IMG/VR virus record: IMGVR_UViG_3300042319_002138
Coordinates: 162,304-226,303 of that record
Reading direction: 5' to 3' (one strand)
DNA: 64,000 nucleotides
Both the position numbers and the translations under genes were made by a program. Below the pieces are notes generated by a model. It was not told the DNA's origin and did not search any database. It saw nothing but the letters and a program-made list of their open reading frames with translations. Every line of letters begins with the position of its first letter. Within the stretch, counting starts at the first letter, position 1. This document shows, one piece after another, positions 46,203 through 55,291 of the stretch.

Positions 46203-46478
46203 ATGTATTATAGAATTGGTACTAAGGTTAGAATTGAGAAGGGTAAAAGAAGTTCCGTTTGGGATGGTATGACTGGCACTTTTGCTCATATATCGATGCC
46301 TGATAGATTTGGTTTTTGGATGTACGGTATTGATTTGGATGAACCTGATGTTAATGGGAAAACAAAGGTTATTATGGTTTCTACTAAACCAAATGAGGCA
46401 CATAAAAGATTAACCAAATTGGATACCTCTGAACTACACCCAAAATTTATTAACTATAAAAAATTTAAATTTAAATAA
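46203..46478 (+). CDS. Hypothetical protein (KOW/SH3-like beta pattern)
   Basis: 'IGTKVRI...GMTGT...YGIDLD'. Confidence 0.55.
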   Translation: MYYRIGTKVRIEKGKRSSVWDGMTGTFAHISMPDRFGFWMYGIDLDEPDVNGKTKVIMVSTKPNEAHKRLTKLDTSELHPKFINYKKFKFK

Positions 46479-46479
46479 A

Positions 46480-47268
46480 ATGAAAAACATACATTTAATA
46501 CCAACGGATAAGGAACAACATTCCATTGTTCAAAAACATACAGGATTACTTTTAATTCAAACGCCACGTAAAGAGTATAGTGGAACAAAATTAAACATCT
46601 ACATCACTTCTAACGAAGAAATTAAAGAAGGAGATTGGTTTTATTCTGTAAGAGAATTAATTGAAAAAGCAATAATTAATTATCCTAAAGGAGAAAATTT
46701 TGGTAAAATAATCCTAACAACAGACCAATTTTTAATAGATAACGGTGTTCAAGCTATTGATGATGAGTTCTTAGAATGGTTTGTTAAGAATCCAAGTTGT
46801 GAGAGTGTTGATATTGACTATAAAATAAAGTCATTTATTGAAATTAGTCATCCATCTGATAAAAAATCAACTCAATATATAGAAAAACTACATAAAATCA
46901 TCGTTCCACAAGAAGAACCTAAAACGAATTTAGAAAAGCATTTAGACACTTTACCTGATTCACATTTCATTAGAAGAAGTGCTGTCATTCCACAAGAAGA
47001 ACCTAAACAAGAATGTACTTGTGGTGTATGTGATAACTGTGAAGAAAAAGAATCTATTCAAATTCTAAAGGAAGCAAAAGAAAATGCTTTAAAACAAGAA
47101 ACACTAGAAGAAGCGGCAACTAAAGTATTAGATAGGAAATACCCTTACCATCGACCATCAGATGCAGGTTATTGGAAAGATATGTTTATATCAGGAGCTA
47201 AATGGATGGAAGAAGAGATGGAGAAGTTAAAAGATTTTGATACTTGGAAAGAATGGAAAAATAAATAG
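46480..47268 (+). CDS. Hypothetical mosaic protein
   Basis: Duplicated 'PQEEPK' and 'KQETLEEAA' module. Confidence 0.6.
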   Translation: MKNIHLIPTDKEQHSIVQKHTGLLLIQTPRKEYSGTKLNIYITSNEEIKEGDWFYSVRELIEKAIINYPKGENFGKIILTTDQFLIDNGVQAIDDEFLEWFVKNPSCESVDIDYKIKSFIEISHPSDKKSTQYIEKLHKIIVPQEEPKTNLEKHLDTLPDSHFIRRSAVIPQEEPKQECTCGVCDNCEEKESIQILKEAKENALKQETLEEAATKVLDRKYPYHRPSDAGYWKDMFISGAKWMEEEMEKLKDFDTWKEWKNK

Positions 47269-47286
47269 TTATAAATAAAAGGCCTT

Positions 47287-47796
47287 ATGAAAGTGTTAGT
47301 ATTAAACATGGACTACAGCCCAATAAACATTACCACACTACAAAAGGGTTTTAAATTAGTGTTTAAAGGTAAGGCTGAAGTCGTGACTCACGAGTCAGAA
47401 AACCCAATTGTGACAGATAAAAAAGATTATATTAGACCAACGGTAATTCGGTTACTGAAGTATATTGTTTTGCCTTTTAAGAAAGTTCATCTATCTAGAC
47501 AGAATATTTTTAAAAGAGATGATAATGAATGTATTTATTGTGGTGCTACAACTGATTTAACCATTGACCATGTTATCCCTAGGTCTAAAGGTGGTTCTAA
47601 TACTTGGGAAAATTTGGTTACTTGTTGTGGTATTTGTAATGTTAGAAAGTGTAGTAAGGATGTTGATGAGTTTTTATCAGAGTATAATTTAACCATGAGA
47701 CATAAACCTTTCAGACCTTCTTATTTATATTTTGTTGAAAAAATAAATAGAATTAGTAATGATTGGAAACAATATTTAGGATTTAAAAATGGATAA
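47287..47796 (+). CDS. HNH endonuclease (McrA-like)
   Basis: 'IFKRDDNECIYCG...TIDHVIPRSKGG...ENLVTCCGICN'. Confidence 0.92.
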   Translation: MKVLVLNMDYSPINITTLQKGFKLVFKGKAEVVTHESENPIVTDKKDYIRPTVIRLLKYIVLPFKKVHLSRQNIFKRDDNECIYCGATTDLTIDHVIPRSKGGSNTWENLVTCCGICNVRKCSKDVDEFLSEYNLTMRHKPFRPSYLYFVEKINRISNDWKQYLGFKNG

Positions 47797-47980
47797 AGAT
47801 TTTATATTTGAAGAAGGTAAGGATTATTACCTAGAGAATGGGGCTATTGTTTTAACTGAACGATACCATAAAAAACGTGGTACTTGTTGTGGCAGCGGTT
47901 GTAGACACTGTTGTTTTGACCCAATACACCAAAAGGGTAATAAAAATCTTAAAGAATATCTGAAGACTAAAGAAAAGTAA
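47789..47980 (+). CDS. DUF5522-like Cys-rich protein
   Basis: 'LTERYHKKRGTCCGSGCRHC'. Confidence 0.8.
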   Translation: MDKDFIFEEGKDYYLENGAIVLTERYHKKRGTCCGSGCRHCCFDPIHQKGNKNLKEYLKTKEK

Positions 47981-47991
47981 GATATTTATTA

Positions 47992-48456
47992 TTGATGAAA
48001 CGATTGATTAAGAAAATTTTAAAAGAGTCTTTTTTGGATGATTTTGGTATGTCATCCAATTATAAATATGATCCTTTAAATTGGGAACAAGATGCTCAAG
48101 ATGTGGGTGGTGCTAAAAAATTAGCAGATGAAATTTATGGTGGTGACTATAATAATTTCTTAGATAGAATTCCACAATTAGAAGAGGAACAACTTAAAAC
48201 TGATACTATAAAGGTAATGACTGTTAACGGTAAAAGCGTTGAGAGGGATTATAGATATGTAATGTATAAAGATGGTGAAAGAGATATTATGGCTTACGAC
48301 CATGACACTAACCAAATGTTTGTAGATGATTCTATTTGGACGTTTTTGAGACAGGGATTTGATCTGAATTCTTCAGAAATATCAGATATATTCCGAGATT
48401 GGATAAAAGAAAATTATGGATTAGACGTTCCTTATATCCATTCACAAAAACTTTAA
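47992..48456 (+). CDS. Hypothetical protein with MKRLIKKILKES tag
   Basis: GATATTTAT upstream. Confidence 0.65.
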   Translation: MMKRLIKKILKESFLDDFGMSSNYKYDPLNWEQDAQDVGGAKKLADEIYGGDYNNFLDRIPQLEEEQLKTDTIKVMTVNGKSVERDYRYVMYKDGERDIMAYDHDTNQMFVDDSIWTFLRQGFDLNSSEISDIFRDWIKENYGLDVPYIHSQKL

Positions 48457-48460
48457 TTAT

Positions 48461-49249
48461 ATGAAATTAGTTGAGGTATATAATGATTTAATGGTTGAAA
48501 AGGCCTGGAAAAAATTAGATGAGATATTATTAAATGCTGATATTTTACAAGAAGCTGACCCAACTAAATTAAATGACCTATTAAAAAAATCAAAGGTATT
48601 AATATTTGATGCATTTGGTATTAATCCTTCTCAACGTGAATACTTTATCGCTGGTTCTGCTAGATTATTTAAAAATCCCATGTTATTGAAGGCTTTAAAC
48701 CAAATGGATAGTAGAACTTGGTCCATGGATATTGGTGATTTGGATATTGTTGTACCTGATGAAAGTAATTGGAAAACATTATATACAAATTATACCACTG
48801 ATTCAGAGTTTTTAAAAAAAATAGGTAATGTTATAGGTGAAGAAAACGTACCAAAGATTGTTGAACGTTTTAAAAAACAATGGGAAGATTTTGGTGGTAA
48901 GGTTTACAGACCAGGTTTAGGTAAAAATGGTTTAGGTCTTATTAAAGAAGATATGGAAGCTTTTACTACATGGGACCCCAAAAGGGCTAAAGTTCAAGGA
49001 GCAAATGATTTTGATGTTAGGGACGAACAATCAATATTAAAAGATTCTGTTAACATGGGTGGTTTTTATTTTATGAGTATCTATGATGTTATGGATTATA
49101 AATCAAAATTAAACAGAGAAAAAGAAACAGAATTAGTTAAGTTTGTTAACCAATTTATAGAACAGGGTGAGACACCACAAGCTAAAGAAGTACTATTCAA
49201 AAACATATACACACTTTTTAAAGCTGAACAACAACAAAAATCAAAATAA
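48461..49249 (+). CDS. Putative nucleotidyltransferase-fold protein
   Basis: 'FIAGSARL' plus 'DIGDLDIVV' (GS...DxD). Confidence 0.55.
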   Translation: MKLVEVYNDLMVEKAWKKLDEILLNADILQEADPTKLNDLLKKSKVLIFDAFGINPSQREYFIAGSARLFKNPMLLKALNQMDSRTWSMDIGDLDIVVPDESNWKTLYTNYTTDSEFLKKIGNVIGEENVPKIVERFKKQWEDFGGKVYRPGLGKNGLGLIKEDMEAFTTWDPKRAKVQGANDFDVRDEQSILKDSVNMGGFYFMSIYDVMDYKSKLNREKETELVKFVNQFIEQGETPQAKEVLFKNIYTLFKAEQQQKSK

Positions 49250-49267
49250 TTTTATTATATTTGCCTT

Positions 49268-49546
49268 ATGAAAGGTAAAGACTACTTTAATTGGTTGAAT
49301 GAGGAAGAACAATCCAAATGGATTGCCAATTTTAACTCATTGAATAAATTTAACTATTCTGTAGAGGAATTTTTAGATTTAGAATTTATCAGCTGGATGG
49401 GGTTTATTGGTGTTTCTTTTGAATTTAGAAAAACACTCGAAGGTGTTAATTATTGGGCTGACGTTTATTCTAAATACAGAAAGTATGATAATCTAAAAGT
49501 TAAACCAGGTTTTAATAATTTTAAAACACCACCTAAAATTTTGTAA
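49268..49546 (+). CDS. Hypothetical protein
   Basis: TATATTTG promoter. Confidence 0.55.
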   Translation: MKGKDYFNWLNEEEQSKWIANFNSLNKFNYSVEEFLDLEFISWMGFIGVSFEFRKTLEGVNYWADVYSKYRKYDNLKVKPGFNNFKTPPKIL

Positions 49547-49577
49547 AAAATTGTTATATTTGTAAAAAATAAAAATT

Positions 49578-49742
49578 ATGGAAAGATTTTCGATGAAACA
49601 GGTTATTGCCAACAAGTATGGTGAAACAGAGAAGAACACAAAAACAGCAAAGTCCACAAAACGTTCCCAAGGTAAAACAAAGGACCAAGGGAAATATATG
49701 GTTAAGATTGTTGATGGGGTAAAATACATGGTCTTAAAATAA
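49578..49742 (+). CDS. Small basic protein (54 aa)
   Basis: TATATTTG promoter; not in the ORF track. Confidence 0.5.
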   Translation: MERFSMKQVIANKYGETEKNTKTAKSTKRSQGKTKDQGKYMVKIVDGVKYMVLK

Positions 49743-49804
49743 TTAAAAAAAAAATTGACAGATTAAAAAAAAGTTATTATCTTTGTTAAACAAATAAAAA
49801 ACAT

Positions 49805-49913
49805 ACACAAGTGGTGAAATTGGTAAACACGGGGTGTAACAACTCTGACCGAAAATAATCTACCTTCGGGTCGATAAAAGTAGGTTTTGGAGGTTCGAAT
49901 CCTTCTTTGTGTA
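49805..49913 (+). ncRNA. tRNA-like RNA with aberrant anticodon arm and expanded variable region
   Basis: Acceptor ACACAAG/TTTGTGT, D arm TGGTGAAATTGGTAAACAC, T arm GGAGGTTCGAATCCTTC. Confidence 0.65.
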
Positions 49914-50002
49914 CACTAATCACATAGTATCACTATCATTATCTAGTGAGTAAATAGTAGAGTAAATCTACAGCTATGTGATAAAGTTCTTTGAAATAAT
50001 AC

Positions 50003-50292
50003 ATATAAGTGGCGGAATTGGTAGACGCTTACGTTTGAAAAGAGAGTAAGGTTAGATTGGGAGTTCTGTAAAAGCCTAAAAGACCTTAGATTTAGCTAAT
50101 CTTGGTGGTCTATAATCAGACTGGTCAAGAGGTTTGGTTACGGTACTCTTTAAAAACCAACTGTAACAAGTTATATAGATAGATTTAATAATATGATAGA
50201 ATTAAATCCTTAGACTCTTGTAAAATGTATGGACTGAAAGAAACCTAGTTTTGAATAAGTTCGTGGAGGTTCGAATCCTCCCTTATATACCA
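50003..50292 (+). ncRNA. 290-nt RNA with tRNA ends (acceptor, D arm, T arm, CCA) and an insert of about 235 nt
   Basis: ATATAAG-TGGCGGAATTGGTAGACGC ... GGAGGTTCGAATCCTCC-CTTATAT-ACCA. Confidence 0.75.
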
Positions 50293-50297
50293 TATAT

Positions 50298-50370
50298 TGT
50301 GGGATGGAGAAGTTGGTATCTCAGCAGGCTCATAACCTGAAGGCCGCTGGTTCGAGTCCAGCTCCCGCTA
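50298..50370 (+). tRNA. tRNA-Met(CAU), initiator-like
   Basis: Loop CTCATAA; mismatched 1:72 pair. Confidence 0.85.
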
Positions 50371-50376
50371 CTAATA

Positions 50377-50419
50377 GTACCTATCACGCTACCCATAAGA
50401 ACAGCGTCCCAGGATAGGT
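50377..50419 (+). ncRNA. Small structured RNA after tRNA-Met
   Basis: ACCTATC/GATAGGT enclosing ACGCT/AGCGT. Confidence 0.45.
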
Positions 50420-50563
50420 CTTTTAACCCCACCGTTGGAAACAACGGGACCCTCTAGTTCTCAGGTTCTAGAGTTTTACGCCCCACACCGATTTCGAATA
50501 AGTGTGGGGTTTTTTATTGACAAAATTTAAATCTGTATTATATTTATAATAAAAAAATAAAAT

Positions 50564-51043
50564 ATGAGTGATTTTGGATTTAATGGTATGAGTGATGAAG
50601 AGTTTAATAAAGAATTTTTAAGATTTTTGAATATGTATCAGTCAGGTCTTGAAAGTTTTATGAAAAAAAATTTAGGTTCACAAAATAATAGTTTTTTTGG
50701 TTCACATCCAATGAACATAGAGCCTTTTGATATGGATTCTTTAAGAAAAATATTATCACAACTTAATGATGATATGGGACTTGAAAAGGGTAATGATGAA
50801 AACGGTGAATGGGAAAAAAGAAATTGGTTGTCACCCGATGGTTCTACTAGTTTTAGTTCTTTTAGTAGAAACCAATATTTCAATCCATTTGAAGGTAGAG
50901 TATCTAAATATAGAAAAGAACCTGAGATTGATACAATAAAACTTTTAACTAAAAAACTAAATCAGGCAATTTCTGATGAAAAATACGAAGAAGCGGCAAA
51001 AATTAGAGATTTAATTAAATCTTTAGGAGATGATAATAAATAA
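50564..51043 (+). CDS. UVR (UvrB/UvrC motif) domain protein
   Basis: C-terminal 'LNQAISDEKYEEAAKIRDLI'. Confidence 0.75.
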   Translation: MSDFGFNGMSDEEFNKEFLRFLNMYQSGLESFMKKNLGSQNNSFFGSHPMNIEPFDMDSLRKILSQLNDDMGLEKGNDENGEWEKRNWLSPDGSTSFSSFSRNQYFNPFEGRVSKYRKEPEIDTIKLLTKKLNQAISDEKYEEAAKIRDLIKSLGDDNK

Positions 51044-51141
51044 AAAAAACCCACTACTAAGTGGGTTTTTTATTTTACAAAGATTGGTCAGGGTGCCAAT
51101 CATAGTCATCTAGCAAATCTTCCATGATTATTAATTTAAAA

Positions 51142-51735
51142 CTATTGGGTTATTAAAAATTTTTTATAGTCTGTTGTTAGTGGTTTTTCATTTTTAAAAT
51201 AATAAGTTTCTTTCTTACCATCATAATTTATTATTTTATAAAATCCGTCTGGTATTGTAGCTCCCGAAGGTAGTACAACAGATTTTTTTGAAAATACACA
51301 TCTTATTTCAACAGTTACTTCATATTTTAAAGCCAAAGTCCTTTCATGTTCTTCTAATAATCTCCATGTAGTTCTATTTAAATCTTGATTTTGTAAAACA
51401 CAATTTAAATAACTAAAAGTCATTTTTAACATTTCTTTGGTACAATTAAAATCGGCTGCTGGAGCCATATGACCTTTATCCCAAATGTTGTTAATATAAT
51501 CTTGATTGTCTGATGTCTTAATTGAATCATTACTATAAAAATCCATACCCTTTCTTGAGGCATTTCCTGTAGGGCATTCTACAACATATTCAATCCATTT
51601 TGGTTGTTCTAATTTCTCTGAATAAACCAAAGTAAAAATTTGGGTTTCTATATAGATACTATCACGAAGTTTACTTTGTGAAAACGTTTTAAGTATTATA
51701 AATAAAAACAGTGTGATGGTTAATATTTTTCTCAT
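51142..51735 (-). CDS. Secreted DNA/RNA non-specific endonuclease (NucA-like)
   Basis: Minus strand (track label wrong); signal peptide ending FSQ; 'WDKGHMAPAADF', 'LQNQDLNRTTWRLLE'. Confidence 0.9.
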   Translation of the reverse strand: MRKILTITLFLFIILKTFSQSKLRDSIYIETQIFTLVYSEKLEQPKWIEYVVECPTGNASRKGMDFYSNDSIKTSDNQDYINNIWDKGHMAPAADFNCTKEMLKMTFSYLNCVLQNQDLNRTTWRLLEEHERTLALKYEVTVEIRCVFSKKSVVLPSGATIPDGFYKIINYDGKKETYYFKNEKPLTTDYKKFLITQ

Positions 51736-51785
51736 TAATATATAAATATGATTTATTTTAATAAAAAACCAATTAGGTTTATTAA

Positions 51786-52295
51786 ATGGAACCAAAAAAG
51801 AAATTAAAAAAATTTAACGAATTTAAAGCCAAAAAAAAGAGTGAATTTGTATCACTTGGTATTAATTACGTTGCTTATGAACCGATGAGACAAAATAGGT
51901 ATCTGATGGAATTTCCTCTTGGTGACACTATGTTTAATTGTCTTGTTAATTGTGAATTGCCATCAGTTTCTATAACAAGAGGACACCGAGAATTTGATAT
52001 GTACCGACCACAATGGCAACCCGTACAGGTTGTGATTAGAGATGTTATTGGTGATGAAACTCATAGAAATTTATTTTACAGTAGAATTCGTGATTGGTTT
52101 AATGATTATAATATTACTGGAAGAAAAATTAATTCAACCATATCAAGGTTAGACCCAACAGGTGTTGTTATTAGTAGATGGGATTTAAGAGGTTGTTTTT
52201 GTAGTTCTTTACACTATAGTAATACTTACTTAGATTTTGAGCAACCCGAATTAGAAATAACTTTACATTACGATTATTGTACTATTGTTATGTAG
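51786..52295 (+). CDS. T4 gp19-like tail tube protein homolog
   Basis: 'EPMRQNRYLMEF', 'WQPVQVVIRD', 'LDPTGVVISRWDLRGCF', 'ITLHYDYC'. Confidence 0.7.
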   Translation: MEPKKKLKKFNEFKAKKKSEFVSLGINYVAYEPMRQNRYLMEFPLGDTMFNCLVNCELPSVSITRGHREFDMYRPQWQPVQVVIRDVIGDETHRNLFYSRIRDWFNDYNITGRKINSTISRLDPTGVVISRWDLRGCFCSSLHYSNTYLDFEQPELEITLHYDYCTIVM

Positions 52296-52330
52296 ATTAA
52301 TTATTTATTATTACTTTTGTAAAAAAAAAT

Positions 52331-53092
52331 ATGCCAGAATTAGCTGAGGTAAAAATAATGTCTGAATATATAAATTATGTTTCAGATAAAAGAACTTTCA
52401 ACAAAGTTAAAAAATCACCACAAAACAAAAATCCTGAATTAATAATTGGGGGTGAGTTCAAAATAAAGGCTCACAACCGTGGTAAAGAATTGATATTACA
52501 AATTAATAATAAAAAGTTATTGTGTAATATGGGGATGTCGGGTAATTGGGTTTTTGTTAAAACAGGAGAAGAACCCAAACACGCTCATCTAATGTTTGAT
52601 ACCACAGATGGTTATACACTTGCCTTAGTTGATTTTAGGCGTTTTTCTAGATGGAAATGGGTCGAAGGTTGGTCTGATAACCGTGGTCCTTGTATGTTAA
52701 CCGAATGGGATGATTTTGTTACCAATCTAAAAAACAATTCACACAAAAAAATATTCGATAAATCAATCTATGAATTGATGTTAGACCAAAAATATTTTAA
52801 CGGTTTGGGCAACTATCTACGTGCCGAAATATTAGACCGCTCTAACCAAAACCCTTTTGTATCTTCTAGGGAGTCAATCAACAACCAATTAATGTTAGAA
52901 CTTTGTAGAGATATTGTAATGGAGGCATACCAATTAGGCGGTGGACAACTTTTACAATGGACTAACCCTTACTTTGATGACAAGGTTACTTTTAGAGAAT
53001 GGTTACAATGTTATGGGAAAAAAGAAAAAATTGTTGATTCAAAAGGACGTACATTTTGGTTTGATAGAAAATATAAAACCTCTCTTACTTAA
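52331..53092 (+). CDS. Fpg/Nei DNA glycosylase, zincless-finger type
   Basis: N-terminal PELAE, 'GKEL', 'MGMSG', H2TH 'LDQKYFNGLGNYLRAEIL', C-terminal 'GRTFW' with no Cys4 finger. Confidence 0.9.
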   Translation: MPELAEVKIMSEYINYVSDKRTFNKVKKSPQNKNPELIIGGEFKIKAHNRGKELILQINNKKLLCNMGMSGNWVFVKTGEEPKHAHLMFDTTDGYTLALVDFRRFSRWKWVEGWSDNRGPCMLTEWDDFVTNLKNNSHKKIFDKSIYELMLDQKYFNGLGNYLRAEILDRSNQNPFVSSRESINNQLMLELCRDIVMEAYQLGGGQLLQWTNPYFDDKVTFREWLQCYGKKEKIVDSKGRTFWFDRKYKTSLT

Positions 53093-53176
53093 AAAAATTA
53101 AAATAATCAAACCTTTTTTAAAAAAAATATTAACAAAATATTGATTATTTAAAAATTTAACATATCTTTGTATTAA

Positions 53177-53299
53177 AGTGAGTGGTGGAGAGCATACACG
53201 GTCCCATGACGGTGGGATTGGTTTCCCTAAATAAGGTTGTCGGATGAAAAACCGAAACACGAAAAGATTCATCGGAGGGTTTAATTCCCTCCCTCACTG
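53177..53299 (+). ncRNA. tRNA-like RNA with multi-hairpin insert
   Basis: AGTGAG/CTCACT acceptor, D-like TGGTGGAGAGCATACAC, T-like GAGGG-TTTAATT-CCCTC; own TATCTTTG promoter and terminator. Confidence 0.55.
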
Positions 53300-53308
53300 T
53301 TCAAAAAC

Positions 53309-53337
53309 AAAAAAGGGACCTTCGGGTCCCCTTTTTT
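53309..53337. terminator. Bidirectional terminator
   Basis: AAAAGGGACC-ttcg-GGTCCCCTTTT. Confidence 0.85.
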
Positions 53338-55231
53338 ATATTCTACTATAAAGGTCTTCTAAAAAATATTCTTTCATATCTGAATTGGTGGCGTAATCAC
53401 TGTAATGTGGGCTTAAATCTTCATTTTCTTCGTCCAAGACATCAGCATAGAAATCATTAAAATAAGACCAATGACCAAATGGTTCATCTATACATTCTTC
53501 ACAAAAACTTTCAAAAGCTTCTATTTCATCTGCATGTTCTGTAGTGTCATAATGTCTTTCAGGGTCATAATATTTTTTACAACTGTCCCAACATCCAGAT
53601 ATTTTGTTTTTTATTACATCTAAAATTAAATCTGTAGATTCAAAAACAAGATTATTATTTTCCCATATAGGTTGACCTAATAAATCTTTAATACTATCTA
53701 CAGCTGTAGTGTAAATACCACTAGATACAGCATTGTTATATGAACTTGCATAAGCCCAACCTAATTCCATTTTTAAATCATCAAACATTTCGTCTTCATT
53801 TATCAGGTCACCCATTAAATCATCATCTAATAACATGTCTTCCCTAAATGGTTCACCGTTTTCCAATTCTCCGTCTATAAAACCACCTTTCCTAATATAT
53901 TTTTTTATATACTCTAAAGCTTTTTGGTCATCTGTAACCAAATCCCACACATTACTTTTCCATTCACGACCAATAAGGTCACTGGCTGAGTAAGGTTCCC
54001 AATAATCTTCATCACAAAAAACAGCTTTGGCTAGATACCTATTCATATAACTGTAACCACCATCATTATCTTCAAATAATCGTATAAGGTCACACCAATC
54101 ACCAGCAATAAAATATAATTTACCACTTCGATATTCTATATCTATAAATTGACCAGCAATATAAGGACCAACTATTTCTATAGGGAATGTTTGGTATCTA
54201 TTATAAATTTGTGCCGGAGTTAAATCAGTTTTTACTTCAATTTCTTTAGCCCAACCCCAATCATCTTCTTCAGATTCATTTAATTTATTTCCTTGGCTGA
54301 CAACTATTAAATCCTCCCAACTGTAACTATTTGTACGACCAATCCATTTAACTTGTATGGGTAAACTATCACCAAAAGTCGTGTAAACGTCATTAATGAT
54401 ACCCACTTCTTCTATTGGATTATCTTCATCGTCGGCATTATAAAATCTTGAATTTTCAGATATTCTAACGTTAAAACCAAGAACATCTGTCAATTCATAA
54501 CCTAAATCTTTAAAATCTTTAAGTGGTGTTTCAATATCACCCCTCATCCAATCAATGTCATCTAATTCTTTAGATTCATTCATTGTTTTTGGTTCTAATG
54601 GTGGACTTAATAAGAACTTTTGATTAATCCAATTTCTCAATTCATTCTCAACAAAATATTCTGGAACTGGTTCTGAATCTGGTTTTGATGCTGCTAATTC
54701 AGATATATATCTAGCAAATTTAATTTTGAATTTTCTATCCATCATATGTAACAAACCATCTGAGATAAAAAATATTTTTGATATGGGGTCTTCGTGAGGG
54801 ATATCACCCTCAACAGCATCCATAACATGAATTAAAGTTCTACCCCACCATTTTTTATAACCTCTAGTATCTTCTAATCCTGGTTTTATTATTTTATTGA
54901 AAGCCCTAATAGAACTACCAACAAAACCGGCCACAGCTATTTGTGGAAAAAACCACGGTATCAATCTTATTAAGGCTTTATAAACCCCCTCACCGATATC
55001 GTATGTTAAATTTTTATTTTGAGCAGTTTCAACTAAAGTTCTTAATTGACCAAAAGTGATTGGGCCCTGTTTTTTACAAAACTGTTCTTTTTCACAAACA
55101 TCTGAAATAACTTTTTGAGATGGAGCAACAACACCCTTAGATGGTTCAGTATGTTTTGGTAAATCTATTAGGTTTGAGTTGTCTAACTCTTCCTCAGTTT
55201 CCTTTAATATTTTTCTAATGATTTCTTTCAT
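53336..55231 (-). CDS. Acidic multi-module protein with MKEIIRKILKE tag and internal NES repeats
   Basis: 'MNESKELDDIDW' and 'KLNESEEDDWGW'. Confidence 0.65.
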   Translation of the reverse strand: MKEIIRKILKETEEELDNSNLIDLPKHTEPSKGVVAPSQKVISDVCEKEQFCKKQGPITFGQLRTLVETAQNKNLTYDIGEGVYKALIRLIPWFFPQIAVAGFVGSSIRAFNKIIKPGLEDTRGYKKWWGRTLIHVMDAVEGDIPHEDPISKIFFISDGLLHMMDRKFKIKFARYISELAASKPDSEPVPEYFVENELRNWINQKFLLSPPLEPKTMNESKELDDIDWMRGDIETPLKDFKDLGYELTDVLGFNVRISENSRFYNADDEDNPIEEVGIINDVYTTFGDSLPIQVKWIGRTNSYSWEDLIVVSQGNKLNESEEDDWGWAKEIEVKTDLTPAQIYNRYQTFPIEIVGPYIAGQFIDIEYRSGKLYFIAGDWCDLIRLFEDNDGGYSYMNRYLAKAVFCDEDYWEPYSASDLIGREWKSNVWDLVTDDQKALEYIKKYIRKGGFIDGELENGEPFREDMLLDDDLMGDLINEDEMFDDLKMELGWAYASSYNNAVSSGIYTTAVDSIKDLLGQPIWENNNLVFESTDLILDVIKNKISGCWDSCKKYYDPERHYDTTEHADEIEAFESFCEECIDEPFGHWSYFNDFYADVLDEENEDLSPHYSDYATNSDMKEYFLEDLYSRI

Positions 55232-55291
55232 TCTTATATAAATATTTTGCCAAACAAAAAAGTATGCTTATATTTGTATAAATAATAAGTT

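Noticed and set aside
46903-47010. Direct repeat TTCCACAAGAAGAACCTAAA
   Set aside because: Only two copies, in frame within one gene (PQEEPK); a module junction, not an array
49578-49800. A fourth leader-peptide attenuator before the 49805-50370 RNAs
   Set aside because: The 54-aa ORF is followed by a fresh promoter, with no terminator hairpin between it and the RNAs
50003-50292. Group I intron in tRNA-Leu, or a second tmRNA
   Set aside because: No recognisable P7 core or splice junction that restores an anticodon loop; no G3-U70 Ala acceptor; kept as an unexplained RNA
51142-51795. Plus-strand ORF as labelled in the track
   Set aside because: The listed protein is encoded by the reverse complement; annotated on the minus strand
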